A DNA stretch of 64,000 bases from Dehalococcoidia bacterium. Its GTDB lineage: Bacteria > Chloroflexota > Dehalococcoidia > UBA2979. The notes beneath the pieces were generated by a model. It was not told the DNA's origin, searched no databases, and saw only the letters and a list, made by a program, of their open reading frames with translations. Shown here in pieces: positions 29,503 through 39,846 of this stretch (its first letter is position 1; each line of letters starts with the position of its first letter). The stretch covers positions 864,001-928,000 of the forward strand of contig CAXXDN010000002.1 in NCBI GenBank assembly GCA_963667465.2, in the 5' to 3' direction. The translations under genes were made by a program, and so were the position numbers.

Positions 29503-29530
29503 AGAGGCCGCCCTTCGCGGGGCGGCCTCT
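29503..29530. terminator. Stem-loop between convergent genes (probable intrinsic terminator)
   Basis: AGAGGCCGCCC-ttcgcg-GGGCGGCCTCT, 11-bp perfect stem; U-tract weak. Confidence 0.65.
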
Positions 29531-29562
29531 TCGTGCCTGGCGCCGCTCCGAGGACAGCGCCG

Positions 29563-32307
29563 CTACGGCGCGCCGAGCAGCGCTGCCAGGTCGTGCTTGT
29601 GCGAGAGGATGTCTGCCCAGGGGTCGCCAACCGCGGCGATGCGGGCGGGCGCGGTGAGGATCGTGAAGTCCCTCGGGTAGACCTCGTCGAGCTCGCCCCA
29701 GCGCAGCGGCATCGAGACGGGCGCGCCCGGCTTCGGGCGAGGTGAGAACGCCGCCGCGAGGTTCTTGATCCGCGCGTTCTGGTTCACGTCGAGGAAGATC
29801 TTCCCGCCTCGCTTTTCCACCGCCCACTCGAGCGTCACGTCGCGCGGGTGCGCGCGCTGCAGGAAGCCGCCGAACGTCTCCGCCACCGATCGCACCGCCG
29901 CGTAGTCGAACTGCCGCAGCACCGGCACCAGGATGTGCAGCCCCGTCGCGCCCGAGGTCTTCACGAACGAGGACAGCGAGGCGGCGTCGAGCAGCTCCTT
30001 CAGCCCTCGCGCGACCTCGACGGTCTTCGTGAAGGCGCGACGGTTCAGCTCCGGCTCGTCGCCCGCCTGCTCGGTACCGGCGTAGATGTACGGGTCGAGG
30101 TCGAAGAGTACGAAGTCGGGGTAGTTGAGCAGCGACCCCTCCACGTGCACCTTCGAGCCACTGAAGCTCGTGCCGAGGTGGCCCGCGTCCGGCTGCGGGC
30201 TGACGCGGGCGAGCGAGATGTGCAGCTCGAGGTCCGCGAGCTGCCCGAGCCAGAGCAGTGTCGGCAGGTTGTTGCAGAGGATCGCCTGCTGATCGCCGCC
30301 CGCCGAGTCGGTGTAGACCGTCACCGTCTCGACGAAGGCCGGCGGGTTCTCGTAGTGCTTCTGGTAGAACGAACCGCCCTCGATGCCGTTCGGGTAGCGG
30401 GTGAGGGTCAGCGGACGGTCGCGCAGGTGCGGCAGCAGCGAGGGCGAGACCTCGGCGAGGTAGCGCAGCAAGTCGCGCTTGGTGAGCGCGCGCTGCTCCG
30501 CCGTCTCCGGCCACAGCACCTTGTCGAGGTTGGTCACGGCGACTTCGGCGCTCGTGAGTTCGAGGTGCATCCGCTCGCCCTCGCGCGCGAGCTGGTCGAG
30601 CACGTCGCGGCTGTCGCCGCCCGGACCTACCGCCTCGCGCGCCTCGGTCGTCGGAGGCGGCGCGCTCGCGACGGCGTCCGAGCGCAGGACCTCCGAAGGC
30701 GGCTTGTCGTCGCGCAGGCGCACGAAGACGGGCGCGCGCAGCCGCTCGTCGTTGGTCCAGTTCGCGAACTCGACCTCGGCGACCAGCTCCGGGCGGACGA
30801 AGCGCACGCGGCCCGGCTCCGGTGGCGCGTCGGCGAACGGGTCATCCTCGGAGGCCAGCGCGTCGAGGCGTGCGCGCAGCTCGCCGAGCGCGCGATCGCT
30901 GAAGCCGGAGCCGACGCGGCCTGCGTAGCGCAGCGCGCCAGCCTGGTCGTAGCTGCCGAGCAGCAGCGCGCCGAAGCTGCCACGCCCCCCCTCGCCCTCG
31001 CGCCAGCCGCCGACGACGAAGTCGGCGGTGCGCCGCGCCTTCACCTTGAGCCACTGCGGCGAGCGCCGGCCGTCGAGGTAGGCGCCCTCCCGGCGCTTGG
31101 CGATCACGCCCTCGAAGCCGAGCGCGACCGCGGCGTCGTAGGCGGCGACGCCGTCCGCCTCGAAGCTCTGCACGGGCTGCAACAGCGGCCCCGGCCGCAG
31201 CGCCCGCGCCAGCACCTCGATGCGGTCGGCGAGCGGCACGCGGCGCAGGTCGAAGCCGTCGAGGTAGAGCAGGTCGAAGGGCAGGAACAGCACGGGCAGC
31301 TCGGCATCGGCGAGCGCGACATCCGCCTCACCGCCCAGATTCATGCGCTGCTGCAACCGCTCGAACGAGGGCGCGCCGTGCGCGTCGAGGGCGATGATCT
31401 CGCCATCGAAGATTGCGCTCGATACCGGCTGTGCTGCGATCGCCTGTGCGAGCGCGGGGTACTGCGCGGTCACGTCGAGGCCGCGCCGCGAGCGCAGCGT
31501 GGCCTTGCCGTCCTCGATGAAGGCGAGGGCGCGCATGCCGTCGAGCTTCGGCTCGAAGAGCCAGTCCGGGTTATCGAATGGCTCGTCCGCGAGGGCGGCC
31601 TGCATCGGCGCAAGCGCTCGCGGCAGCTCGCCACGCTCGACGCGGAGCAGCCCCGCGAGGTCGGGCGGCGTGCCGTGGCGCGCCGGATCGGGCAGGCGGC
31701 CCGCTTGCAGGTCGGCGATGGTGAGCCCGGAGATGACGGAAGCGTCCTCGGCGATGAGTTCGCGGGATGGATCGGCGGCCTCGTCGCGGTGCTTGATCAG
31801 CAGCCAGCTGCGCTGCTCCTCGCTGGTCCGCACGAGCGCCCACGAGCCCTTCAGCTTGCGCCCGCGGAAGGTGACGGACAGCTTGCCGGCCTCGATGCCC
31901 TCGAGGACGCGCGACTCCGCCTCGGCGCGGTCGTGGAAGAGCGTGCCGCCCTCATCGGGGGAGTAGGCGCCGTTGTCCCAGACGATCACCTCGCCGGCGC
32001 CGTACTCGCCCTTCGGGATCACTCCCTCGAAGGAGGCGTAGCCGAGCGGGTGGTCCTCGGTCTGGATCGCCAGCCGCCGCTCGCTCGGGTCGAGCGAGGG
32101 CCCGCGCGGCACCGGCCACGAGGGCATCGCGCCGCCGACTTCGAGGCGCAGGTCGTAATGCATACGCGTCGCGCGGTGCTGCTGCACGACGAAGGTGAGC
32201 GGGCCGCCCGCCGAGGGCCGCTGCTCCGGAGGCGGCTCGGGCGTCTTCTCGAAGTCGCGCTTCGCCTCGTACTCATCGAGGGAGCGCGTGGGCTTGCGAG
32301 TTGGCAT
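29563..32307 (-). CDS. ligD: NHEJ DNA ligase D (phosphoesterase-ligase-polymerase)
   Basis: PE domain (KRDFEKTPEP, QQHRATRMHYDLRLE, TEDHP); ligase domain (EPKLDG, EGVIAKR, WLKVK); primase-polymerase domain (RYPNG, FDLDP, KTSG.TGLH). Confidence 0.96.
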   Translation of the reverse strand: MPTRKPTRSLDEYEAKRDFEKTPEPPPEQRPSAGGPLTFVVQQHRATRMHYDLRLEVGGAMPSWPVPRGPSLDPSERRLAIQTEDHPLGYASFEGVIPKGEYGAGEVIVWDNGAYSPDEGGTLFHDRAEAESRVLEGIEAGKLSVTFRGRKLKGSWALVRTSEEQRSWLLIKHRDEAADPSRELIAEDASVISGLTIADLQAGRLPDPARHGTPPDLAGLLRVERGELPRALAPMQAALADEPFDNPDWLFEPKLDGMRALAFIEDGKATLRSRRGLDVTAQYPALAQAIAAQPVSSAIFDGEIIALDAHGAPSFERLQQRMNLGGEADVALADAELPVLFLPFDLLYLDGFDLRRVPLADRIEVLARALRPGPLLQPVQSFEADGVAAYDAAVALGFEGVIAKRREGAYLDGRRSPQWLKVKARRTADFVVGGWREGEGGRGSFGALLLGSYDQAGALRYAGRVGSGFSDRALGELRARLDALASEDDPFADAPPEPGRVRFVRPELVAEVEFANWTNDERLRAPVFVRLRDDKPPSEVLRSDAVASAPPPTTEAREAVGPGGDSRDVLDQLAREGERMHLELTSAEVAVTNLDKVLWPETAEQRALTKRDLLRYLAEVSPSLLPHLRDRPLTLTRYPNGIEGGSFYQKHYENPPAFVETVTVYTDSAGGDQQAILCNNLPTLLWLGQLADLELHISLARVSPQPDAGHLGTSFSGSKVHVEGSLLNYPDFVLFDLDPYIYAGTEQAGDEPELNRRAFTKTVEVARGLKELLDAASLSSFVKTSGATGLHILVPVLRQFDYAAVRSVAETFGGFLQRAHPRDVTLEWAVEKRGGKIFLDVNQNARIKNLAAAFSPRPKPGAPVSMPLRWGELDEVYPRDFTILTAPARIAAVGDPWADILSHKHDLAALLGAP

Positions 32308-32349
32308 GGTTGCGGGCCGCTGCTGCTCGCGCCCGGCGGCGGGCGCGGG

Positions 32350-33177
32350 CTAGCTCGCCTTCGCCTGGGCGGCCGGGGCTGCGGCGGACTCATCGCGCCC
32401 GGCAGCGCGCTTCCCGGCGGCCTCGACGCTTGCCCGGAGCGCGGCCATCAGGTCGACGACCTTCGCGGTCTCGGGCGCCTCGGCCTCGACGAGCTCCTGG
32501 CCCTCAAGCTTGGCCTCGATGAGCTGCATCAGCGCGTCGCGGTACTCGTCGCGGTAGTCCTCGGGCGCGAACGGGGCCTCGAGCATCTCGATCAGCGTGA
32601 GCGCCATCTGCAATTCGTCCTCGGAGACAGCGGTCTCCTCGAACGGCTCGAGCGCGGCGGTGCGGATCTCATCCGGGTAGTAGAGCGTCTCGAGCAGGAC
32701 GCGGCCTTCGGCGCCAGGTCGCAGCGCGCAGAGCCGCTCCTTGTTGCGAATCGCGATTTGCGCGACTGCGGTGAGCCCCTTGGCCTCGAGCGCCTTGAGC
32801 AGCAGCGCGAACGGCTTTGCGCCGGCCTCGTCGGGTTCGAGGTAGTAGGCACGCTCGTAGAAGACGGGGTCGATCTCATCGAGCTTGACGAACGCCTTGA
32901 TCGCGATCGTCTGCTTCGTCGGAAGCGGCAGCTTGTCGAAGTCCTCGTTGTCGAGAATGACGTAGCGGTCCTTGGCGTATTCGTAGCCGCGCACGATCTC
33001 GTCGTAGGGCACCTCACGGTCGAGGTTGGGGTTCCAGCGCAGTTGCTTCACGCGCGAGTGGTCCTCGCGGTGCAGCTGGCGGAAGGAGACGTCCTTACTC
33101 TCGGTGGCGGTGAAGAGGCGCACGGGAATGGCGACCATTCCGAAACTGATCGCGCCTCGCCAGATCGGTCGCGGCAC
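32350..33177 (-). CDS. ku: NHEJ protein Ku
   Basis: MPRPIWRGAISFGMVAIPV, IVRGYEY, YYLEP, VVDLMAALRASV. Confidence 0.96.
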   Translation of the reverse strand: MPRPIWRGAISFGMVAIPVRLFTATESKDVSFRQLHREDHSRVKQLRWNPNLDREVPYDEIVRGYEYAKDRYVILDNEDFDKLPLPTKQTIAIKAFVKLDEIDPVFYERAYYLEPDEAGAKPFALLLKALEAKGLTAVAQIAIRNKERLCALRPGAEGRVLLETLYYPDEIRTAALEPFEETAVSEDELQMALTLIEMLEAPFAPEDYRDEYRDALMQLIEAKLEGQELVEAEAPETAKVVDLMAALRASVEAAGKRAAGRDESAAAPAAQAKAS

Positions 33178-33248
33178 TGGGGAACTCCGCTCCTCGCTGC
33201 GGCGCTCCGGCGTGCACCGCCCATGCTACTACCTTAGCGCGTTTGTGC

Positions 33249-33290
33249 TCAGCGCGAGGAGCGCGGGATGGCGCGGCGCGGGGTGGGCGC
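33249..33290. repeat. 42-bp direct repeat: second copy of the lhr 3' end (other copy 34829-34870)
   Basis: TCAGCGCGAGGAGCGCGGGATGGCGCGGCGCGGG(G/C)TGGGCGC, one mismatch, offset exactly 1580 bp. Confidence 0.92.
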
Positions 33291-33533
33291 CGCCGGATGC
33301 AACTACAGGCCGCGGCAGGTGTGCTCGTCACGTCTCGCGACGCGGAGCACCATCAACCGCTGCTCGTCTTCCTGCACCTCGCAGACGACCTGAAACCGGC
33401 CTGTCCTGACGCGCCATACGGCAGCGAACCCCGCGAGCTTCGCGCTGCCCGCGGGGGAGGCCCGATGGCCGGTTCACGGAGCGTATCCCTGCTACGCCGA
33501 GCGTCGTCCGGCGGCAGCCTACCGTCGCGCCTC

Positions 33534-33800
33534 ATGGATTGGGTGTTGGCCGACTGGCTCCCCTACCTCGGGAGTGCGGTGATCATTGTGGCGGGCATCA
33601 TCGCCGCGACGCTCGGAGTTCCCTGCATCGGCATCGTCGGCGCCGCGCTCGTCGTGTCCATACTGCTGAGTCTGTGGTCGCGCAGGCAGAGGCTCAAGTG
33701 GCAAGAGGAGCACCTCAGCGGGCTGGTGCGCGGTGAGGGGGTGCGACGCATTGTCGCACTAACAGAGGAGGACTACCAAGCCCCTCAGCGATCGGGATAG
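33534..33800 (+). CDS. Small hypothetical membrane protein (2 TM)
   Basis: Hydrophobic hairpin followed by basic RRQRLK; start uncertain; inside the islet. Confidence 0.45.
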   Translation: MDWVLADWLPYLGSAVIIVAGIIAATLGVPCIGIVGAALVVSILLSLWSRRQRLKWQEEHLSGLVRGEGVRRIVALTEEDYQAPQRSG

Positions 33801-33983
33801 CGAAACCTTGTACCTCGCTGGTGAAGCCGAGCGCCGCGGTTCGACAGGCGAGGGGAGCGCCACCTAGAATGCGGCGGCTCTGGGCAAGAGCGACACATCG
33901 GCACAACTCGCAGGCTGGGGCTCCGTGCCTCCTTGCGGCGTGCTGGTGTGTGCCCTTCTTGCCCAGAGCGGTAGACCCCGCCT

Positions 33984-34631
33984 GTGCCGCAAGGAGGCTC
34001 CAGCATCGCCAGCATCACCGCGCTACTCCAGGGATCGAGGATTGCCGGCAAGCAGTGGATCTGGATCGGGGTGTCCCTCGTCGTGGGGTGCACGCTCGGC
34101 GCGGGCCTGGCGTCGAGCGACGAGGCACCGGCGACAGTGACGCCAGCCGTCGCTACGGCGACCGTGGCGGCGACAGCGACGCCAACGGCTACCCCGGAGC
34201 CGACACCTACCGCCACGCCGACAGAGACGCCCACAGCGCCGCCTGCGGCCGCCCCGGCGACTACGCCAACCCCGAGGACGACGACCACGTCCAGCCCAAC
34301 GCCCACGCCGCCGCCAGCGACGCCCACAGCGACACCGGAGCCCACGCCTGCGGCCACGGCCGAACAGCTGACAGCGGATCAACTCTTCCGCGCGTACTTC
34401 GGGTTGTACCCCCTGGACGGCGTGACGTACGACGAGATGGCGAATGCGGCGCGCGCGATCTGCTCAGACCTCGACAATGGGGCAACCGTTGTGGACGTGC
34501 TGCTTCTGGCCGTCACGCGCTTTATCGATCGGTCCGAGGAATGGATCGGGCGGCTGAGCCTGCTTATCGGCGCGGGCGTCCAGGCGTTCTGCCCGGAGCA
34601 TTCGCCGCAGTTCGAGGCGCTAGGCGACTAG
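33984..34631 (+). CDS. Membrane-anchored Pro/Thr-rich protein with a DUF732-like C-terminal domain
   Basis: TM segment, (ATPT)n linker, ARAICSDLDNG...AGVQAFCPEH two-Cys pattern. Confidence 0.65.
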   Translation: MPQGGSSIASITALLQGSRIAGKQWIWIGVSLVVGCTLGAGLASSDEAPATVTPAVATATVAATATPTATPEPTPTATPTETPTAPPAAAPATTPTPRTTTTSSPTPTPPPATPTATPEPTPAATAEQLTADQLFRAYFGLYPLDGVTYDEMANAARAICSDLDNGATVVDVLLLAVTRFIDRSEEWIGRLSLLIGAGVQAFCPEHSPQFEALGD

Positions 34632-34642
34632 GCGACTAGGCG
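34620..34642. repeat. 8-bp tandem repeat CTAGGCGA x2.9 spanning the stop codon
   Basis: Read directly. Confidence 0.85.
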
Positions 34643-34828
34643 GCCTCTTCGGCGGTGAACTCGCGATAGATCGAGTCCCTGTTCGGCAAGAGAGCCGCTG
34701 CGGAGCTCGAACGGTTGGCCGGTGTGTGTCTCCATGAAGACAGTTCATAAGGGTGGGCGCGGTGTGCCAAGTGTGCAATCACCGACCTGATGGGTGACGA
34801 CCTCCCGAAAGCCGGCGCCCCCGCGCCA

Positions 34829-37800
34829 TCAGCGCGAGGAGCGCGGGATGGCGCGGCGCGGGCTGGGCGCGCCCTGCGAGGGGGATCGGGTGGCCTCGGT
34901 GATCGAGGCGAGATCGGCGTCGGGGGCGAGCAGGCCCTCGGCGGGTGGCTCGGCGAGCGCGCCGTCGACGAGCTCGAAGCTGCGGTCCTGCACGGCGGGG
35001 ATGCGCGGGCCGGGGAGGATCACGCCGGTCAGGTTGAGCGGGTCGGCGGCGCTGAGGCGCACGCGCTCGCCCTCGCGTGGGCTGCGGCGCACCGCGCGCA
35101 GCGCCTCCAGGGCCTCCGGGAGCGAGAACTGCTCGCCGGCGAAGCCGCTCACGAAGCGGCCGCCGCGCACGATGCCGCGCGCCTCGAGGCGGCGCAGCGC
35201 GCGCAGCAGGTCGCGCCACGGCACAGTGAAGCTTTCGGCGGCGACCACGTCGCGGAAGACGACGCCGTAGCGACGTAGCAGGAGCTGCGCCAGCTCCTCG
35301 GCGAACTCCTCGCGCTCGGCCGGGTCCGCCTCGGACGCGCGGAGCAGCGCCCAGCGGCCGGCGGGGCCGCCGCCGGCGTAGCGTCCGCTGCCGAGGTAGC
35401 GCCCGCGCCGGGCGCGCCGCGCCGAGCGGCGGGTGAGGTCGCGCAGCCCACGGAAGCCGTCGGAGGCGACGAGGCCAGCGGCGATCAGCTCGCGCAGGCC
35501 CTCCTCGATGTCGCTCGCGAGGCGGCGCGTGCCGCTTGCCAGTTCGTCGAAGAAGAGTGCGCCGCGCTCGCGCAGCAGCGCGAGGACCTCGGCGGCTGCC
35601 CCGGCGGCGGGCTCGCGCGGCAGGCGTCCGTCCGCCCGCGCTGCCGCGAGCAGCATCGCGAGGTCCGCGCGCGAGGCGAGCGTAACCGGCGTCACCTTCG
35701 TCGCGCGGGAGAGGCGTGCGGCCTCGCTGCCGTTCTGCCCGTTCGTTGCCGAGCGCGGCGGGGCGAGGCGTCCCCATGCGATCTCGCCCGCGAGGCACAG
35801 CTCGTCGAGCCACGCCGGTCCGAAATCCTCGACGCGTGCGCGCAGCAGATCGCGCTCCCAGCTCGCGGCGGGCGCCTCGAAACCGCCGATCTGGGCGACG
35901 GCCTGGCGCACACCGCGGCGGCCGGCGAGCTGCGTGCCGGGCGCGACGTGCTGCCAGCGCAGCAGGAAGCGCATGAAGTCCTGCGCGCTGACCGGATCGA
36001 TCTCGCGTCGTAGCCGGTCGAGCGTCTCGCGGTGGATGCGGGCGAGCAGGCGGCGGTCGCAGAACTCGTCCTCGTCGCCCTCGCGGCCGGGCGTGAAGCG
36101 CCCGCGCAACACGAAGCCGCTTGCCTCAACCTGCTGCAGGCCGCGCCCGACGTCCTTCGCCTCCAGCCCGGTGCGCAGCGCAAGCCCGGAGGGCGTGAAC
36201 GGGCCGCGCACCTCGCTGTGCCCGCGCAGCAAGCGCCTGCGCGCCCCCTCGCGGTCCTCGCAGGGCTCGGCGACGCCCTCGGGCAGCGCGGCGGCGGCGG
36301 ACGCGACCGTGGCCGCGGCGTCCGGGTAGAGCAGCGCGACTGCCGGGTGCTGCTCGGCGGCAAACCAGAGCCGCGCGCCGTTCGCCTCGAGGGCCCCCGC
36401 ACGCCCCCGCGCGGCGAGGTCGAGCAGCCAACCCTCCCACTCGGCGGCATCCTGCTCGTGGACGGCAACGAGGCTCATCAGTGCCTCGTGCGTCTCGTCG
36501 GCGTTGCGCGGCTGTGGCCAGGCCTGTGCGGCGACGCGCTCGATCGCGTCGGCGTCGAGCGCGCCGAGGTCGCGCGCCTCGCGTGGCAGCGAGCGGCGCA
36601 GCATCACGGCGCGCGTGCGGCGCTCTTCGAGCGGTGCGTCGTCGAGGAAGGTGTAGGGCTTGCCGTTGATGATCTCGTGCGCCATCGGCGAGGGCTCGGT
36701 GGTGTCGCGCGCGTGCAGCCGGATCTCGCCGTCCTCGATGCGGCGCAGCACCGCCTCGAGGCTGCCGACATCCATCGCCTCGTGGAGGCAGTCGTCCATC
36801 GTCTGGCGCAGCAGCACGTGGTCGGGCATCTCGAGCGGGCCGGTGACGTTCTCCTGGCAGCCGACCTGCTCGGGGAAGGTCGCCGCGAGCAGGTCGTCGG
36901 CGATCATGCGCTGCAGGTAGGGCTGCACCTTCTTGCCGCCGCGCTGCCGAGGCACCGCGAGCGCCCGCGTCGTGTTCCAGCGCCAGCGCGTGGGGAAGAG
37001 CGGGATGTAGAAGCAGGACTGGCGCACGGCCTCCTCGACGTTCCTCGATGTGACGTAGGCAAACGATTCCTCGAGGGGAAAACTGTGCTGCGGTCCGAGC
37101 GAGAGGATCATCCCGTCGTCGTTGGCCGCGGCCTGCAGCTCGAAGTCGAAGCGGACGCAGAAGCGCTTCCGCAGCGCGAGTCCCCAGGCGCGGTTGATCC
37201 TCGATCCGAACGGGGCGTGCACCACGAGCTGCATGCCGCCCGACTCGTCGAAGAAGCGCTCGAAGACGACGTCCGTGTCGGTCGGCACGATGCCGAGGCC
37301 GTCGCGCGTCGCCCGCACGTAGTCGACGAGCTGCTGCGCGCCGGAGCGGTCGACACCGGCCTCCTCGATCAGCGTGTTCAGCAGTGGCTCGACATCGTCG
37401 AGGCCGGCATCGATCTCGCGGCGCAGGCGGCCGACCTCCTCACTCAGCTCGATCGTGCGGCCGGGGCCCTCGCCAAGCCAGAACGGGATCGTCGGTGGCG
37501 CGCCGCGCGCGTCCTCGACGCGCACGGTGCCGTTCTCGATGCGGCGGATGCGCCACGAGGTACTGCCGAGGAGGAAGACGTCCCCCGCCATGCTCTCGAT
37601 CGCCCAGTCCTCGTTGACCGTACCGACGACTGTCTCGTCCGGCTCGGCGACGACACGGTAGTCGCCCAGCTCGGGGATCGTGCCGCCGTTCTGGATGGCG
37701 ACCATCCTCGAGGCGCGGCGGGCGCGCAGCACACCGGCCACGCGGTCGCGGTGCAACAGCGGCCTCGATCCGCCCGCGCCCTCGCCGACGCCGCTCGCGA

Positions 37801-39208
37801 GCATCGCGAGCACCGCGTCGTAGTCCGTGCGGGCGAGTTCCCGGTACGGTGCAGCGCGGCGCACGAGCTCGAACAGCTCGTCCTCGCGCCACTCGCGCGC
37901 GGCGCACTCGGCGACGATCTGCTGCGCCAGCACGTCAAGCGGTGCGACCGGCTGCACGATCTTGTCGAGGCGTCCCGCGCGCACCGCCCTCGTGAGCGCT
38001 GCGCTCTCCACCAGTTCGTCACGCGTGCCGGGGAAGATGCGGCCCCTGGGTTGCACGCCGAGCGCGTGCCCGGAGCGCCCGACGCGCTGCAGGAACGTCG
38101 CGATACTGCGCGGCGAGCCGATCTGACAGACGAGGTCGATCGAGCCGATGTCGATGCCGAGTTCGAGCGAGGCGGTCGCCACCAGCGCGCGCAACTCGCC
38201 GTCCTTGAGCCGCTGCTCCAGCCGCAGCCGCCGCTCCTTGGAGAGGCTGCCGTGGTGGCTCGCGACGTGCTCCTCGCCGACGCGCTGGGCGAGCTGGTGC
38301 GCGACGCGCTCCGAGAGCCGCCGCGTGTTGACGAAGACGAGTGTCGTGCGGTGCTCCGCGATCAGTTCGGCGATGCGCTCGTAGATCTCGCCCCACTGCT
38401 CCGCCGGTGCGATCGCCTCAAGGTCGCTCGGCGGCAACTCGACGGCGAGGTCGAGGTCGCGCTGATGGCCAAGGTCGACGATCGCGCAGTCCGGCTCGCC
38501 GTCGGCGTCGAGCTGGTCCGCGCCCACGAGGAAGCGCGCGATCTCCTCGATCGGCCGCTGCGTCGCGGAGAGCCCGATGCGTGCCGGGCGCTCGCCGCCG
38601 GACTCGGCGACGAGCTGGTCGAGGCGCGCCAGCGTGAGCGCGAGGTGGCTGCCCCGGCGGTCGCGAGCGAGCGCGTGGATCTCGTCGACGATCACGGTGC
38701 GGACGCGCCGCAGGTTCTCGCGGCTGCGCTCGGCGGTGATCATCAGGTAGAGCGACTCGGGCGTGGTGATCAGGATGTGCGGCGGCTTGCGCACCATCGC
38801 CTGCCGCTCGCTCTGCGGCGTGTCGCCGCTGCGCACCGCCGTGCGAATCGGCGGCGGCTCGAGTCCGAGTTCCGAGGCGACCTCGCGGATCTCCTCGAGC
38901 GGGGTCTCGAGGTTGCGCTGGATGTCGTTGCCGAGCGCCTTCAGCGGCGTGACATAGACGATCTCGGTCACGTCCTCGAGCGTGTCGGCCTCTGCCTTAC
39001 GGACGAGGCCGTCGATGCCGGCAAGGAAGGCGGCGAGTGTCTTGCCGGAGCCGGTCGGCGCGCTGATCAGCGTGTCGCGCCCGCTCGCGATGCGCGGCCA
39101 GCCCACCGTCTGCGCGTCGGTCGGCGCCTCGAAGCGCCCTCGGAACCAGGCCGCGACGGCGGGATGGAAGTCGATGCCGCTCGCGATTGGCCTCTCGGCG
39201 GTGGTCAT
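34829..39208 (-). CDS. lhr: Lhr-family DEAD/H helicase, long form
   Basis: APTGSGKT, TTPESL, VDEIH, GLSAT, HHGSLS, SLELGIDIG, QRVGRSGH; C-terminal RGGRFVSGFAGEQF and SAADPLNL. Confidence 0.95.
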   Translation of the reverse strand: MTTAERPIASGIDFHPAVAAWFRGRFEAPTDAQTVGWPRIASGRDTLISAPTGSGKTLAAFLAGIDGLVRKAEADTLEDVTEIVYVTPLKALGNDIQRNLETPLEEIREVASELGLEPPPIRTAVRSGDTPQSERQAMVRKPPHILITTPESLYLMITAERSRENLRRVRTVIVDEIHALARDRRGSHLALTLARLDQLVAESGGERPARIGLSATQRPIEEIARFLVGADQLDADGEPDCAIVDLGHQRDLDLAVELPPSDLEAIAPAEQWGEIYERIAELIAEHRTTLVFVNTRRLSERVAHQLAQRVGEEHVASHHGSLSKERRLRLEQRLKDGELRALVATASLELGIDIGSIDLVCQIGSPRSIATFLQRVGRSGHALGVQPRGRIFPGTRDELVESAALTRAVRAGRLDKIVQPVAPLDVLAQQIVAECAAREWREDELFELVRRAAPYRELARTDYDAVLAMLASGVGEGAGGSRPLLHRDRVAGVLRARRASRMVAIQNGGTIPELGDYRVVAEPDETVVGTVNEDWAIESMAGDVFLLGSTSWRIRRIENGTVRVEDARGAPPTIPFWLGEGPGRTIELSEEVGRLRREIDAGLDDVEPLLNTLIEEAGVDRSGAQQLVDYVRATRDGLGIVPTDTDVVFERFFDESGGMQLVVHAPFGSRINRAWGLALRKRFCVRFDFELQAAANDDGMILSLGPQHSFPLEESFAYVTSRNVEEAVRQSCFYIPLFPTRWRWNTTRALAVPRQRGGKKVQPYLQRMIADDLLAATFPEQVGCQENVTGPLEMPDHVLLRQTMDDCLHEAMDVGSLEAVLRRIEDGEIRLHARDTTEPSPMAHEIINGKPYTFLDDAPLEERRTRAVMLRRSLPREARDLGALDADAIERVAAQAWPQPRNADETHEALMSLVAVHEQDAAEWEGWLLDLAARGRAGALEANGARLWFAAEQHPAVALLYPDAAATVASAAAALPEGVAEPCEDREGARRRLLRGHSEVRGPFTPSGLALRTGLEAKDVGRGLQQVEASGFVLRGRFTPGREGDEDEFCDRRLLARIHRETLDRLRREIDPVSAQDFMRFLLRWQHVAPGTQLAGRRGVRQAVAQIGGFEAPAASWERDLLRARVEDFGPAWLDELCLAGEIAWGRLAPPRSATNGQNGSEAARLSRATKVTPVTLASRADLAMLLAAARADGRLPREPAAGAAAEVLALLRERGALFFDELASGTRRLASDIEEGLRELIAAGLVASDGFRGLRDLTRRSARRARRGRYLGSGRYAGGGPAGRWALLRASEADPAEREEFAEELAQLLLRRYGVVFRDVVAAESFTVPWRDLLRALRRLEARGIVRGGRFVSGFAGEQFSLPEALEALRAVRRSPREGERVRLSAADPLNLTGVILPGPRIPAVQDRSFELVDGALAEPPAEGLLAPDADLASITEATRSPSQGAPSPRRAIPRSSR

Positions 39209-39216
39209 CGGCACTC

Positions 39217-39249
39217 CGTCAGCGGTGCTGCGTCAGCGGTGCTGCGTCA
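39217..39249. repeat. 14-bp tandem repeat CGTCAGCGGTGCTG x2.4 just upstream of lhr
   Basis: Read directly. Confidence 0.85.
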
Positions 39250-39447
39250 CTGGCACGACGGCGAACAAACGTGCGGTGCGCGTCGGTCCAGCCTACGCCT
39301 TGCCTCGCCGCGCCTCAAGCGCCGTACCGATCCGCACGGAGTCCACTCAGTCCCGTGCGAACCTCGAGGTCACGCACCGCCTCATCGTACTCGTGCCGGC
39401 GGCGGCGTTGCCCGCGCTCGCGCGCTGGCCGTACCATGGCGAGGCCA

Positions 39448-39522
39448 GCGGAAGTAGCTCAGTGGTAGAGCGCCTCCTTGCCAAGGAGGAGGTCGCGGGT
39501 TCGACCCCCGTCTTCCGCTCCA
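39448..39522 (+). tRNA. tRNA-Gly (GCC)
   Basis: GCGGAAG/CTTCCGC acceptor stem, anticodon arm CCTCC-TT-GCC-AA-GGAGG, GGTTCGA T-loop, encoded CCA. Confidence 0.96.
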
Positions 39523-39601
39523 CTCTCACCACCTCGTGCGCACCTGCCGCCGCGCCGCTTGTCGCGTCGCCGTCCTCGCGCGATGCTGGAAGCACGACGC
39601 G

Positions 39602-39689
<88 letters not shown>

Positions 39690-39846
39690 GCAGGCTTCGA
39701 GGAAGCTCTGAGCAGGCGAGTGCGGCGCGCGGCGGCCCTCCGGCCGCTCGCCTCGGTACGGTCCAGTTCCCCTAGAATCGCCCGGTTGCTCTGCAGACCT
39801 GCGCCTGTTGGCAGGCTCGCCGACGAGGGGACACGTAGCGTTGGAG

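Noticed and set aside
34100-34360. Low-complexity ACG/CCG-rich repeats
   Set aside because: Explained by the Pro/Thr/Ala linker of the encoded protein.
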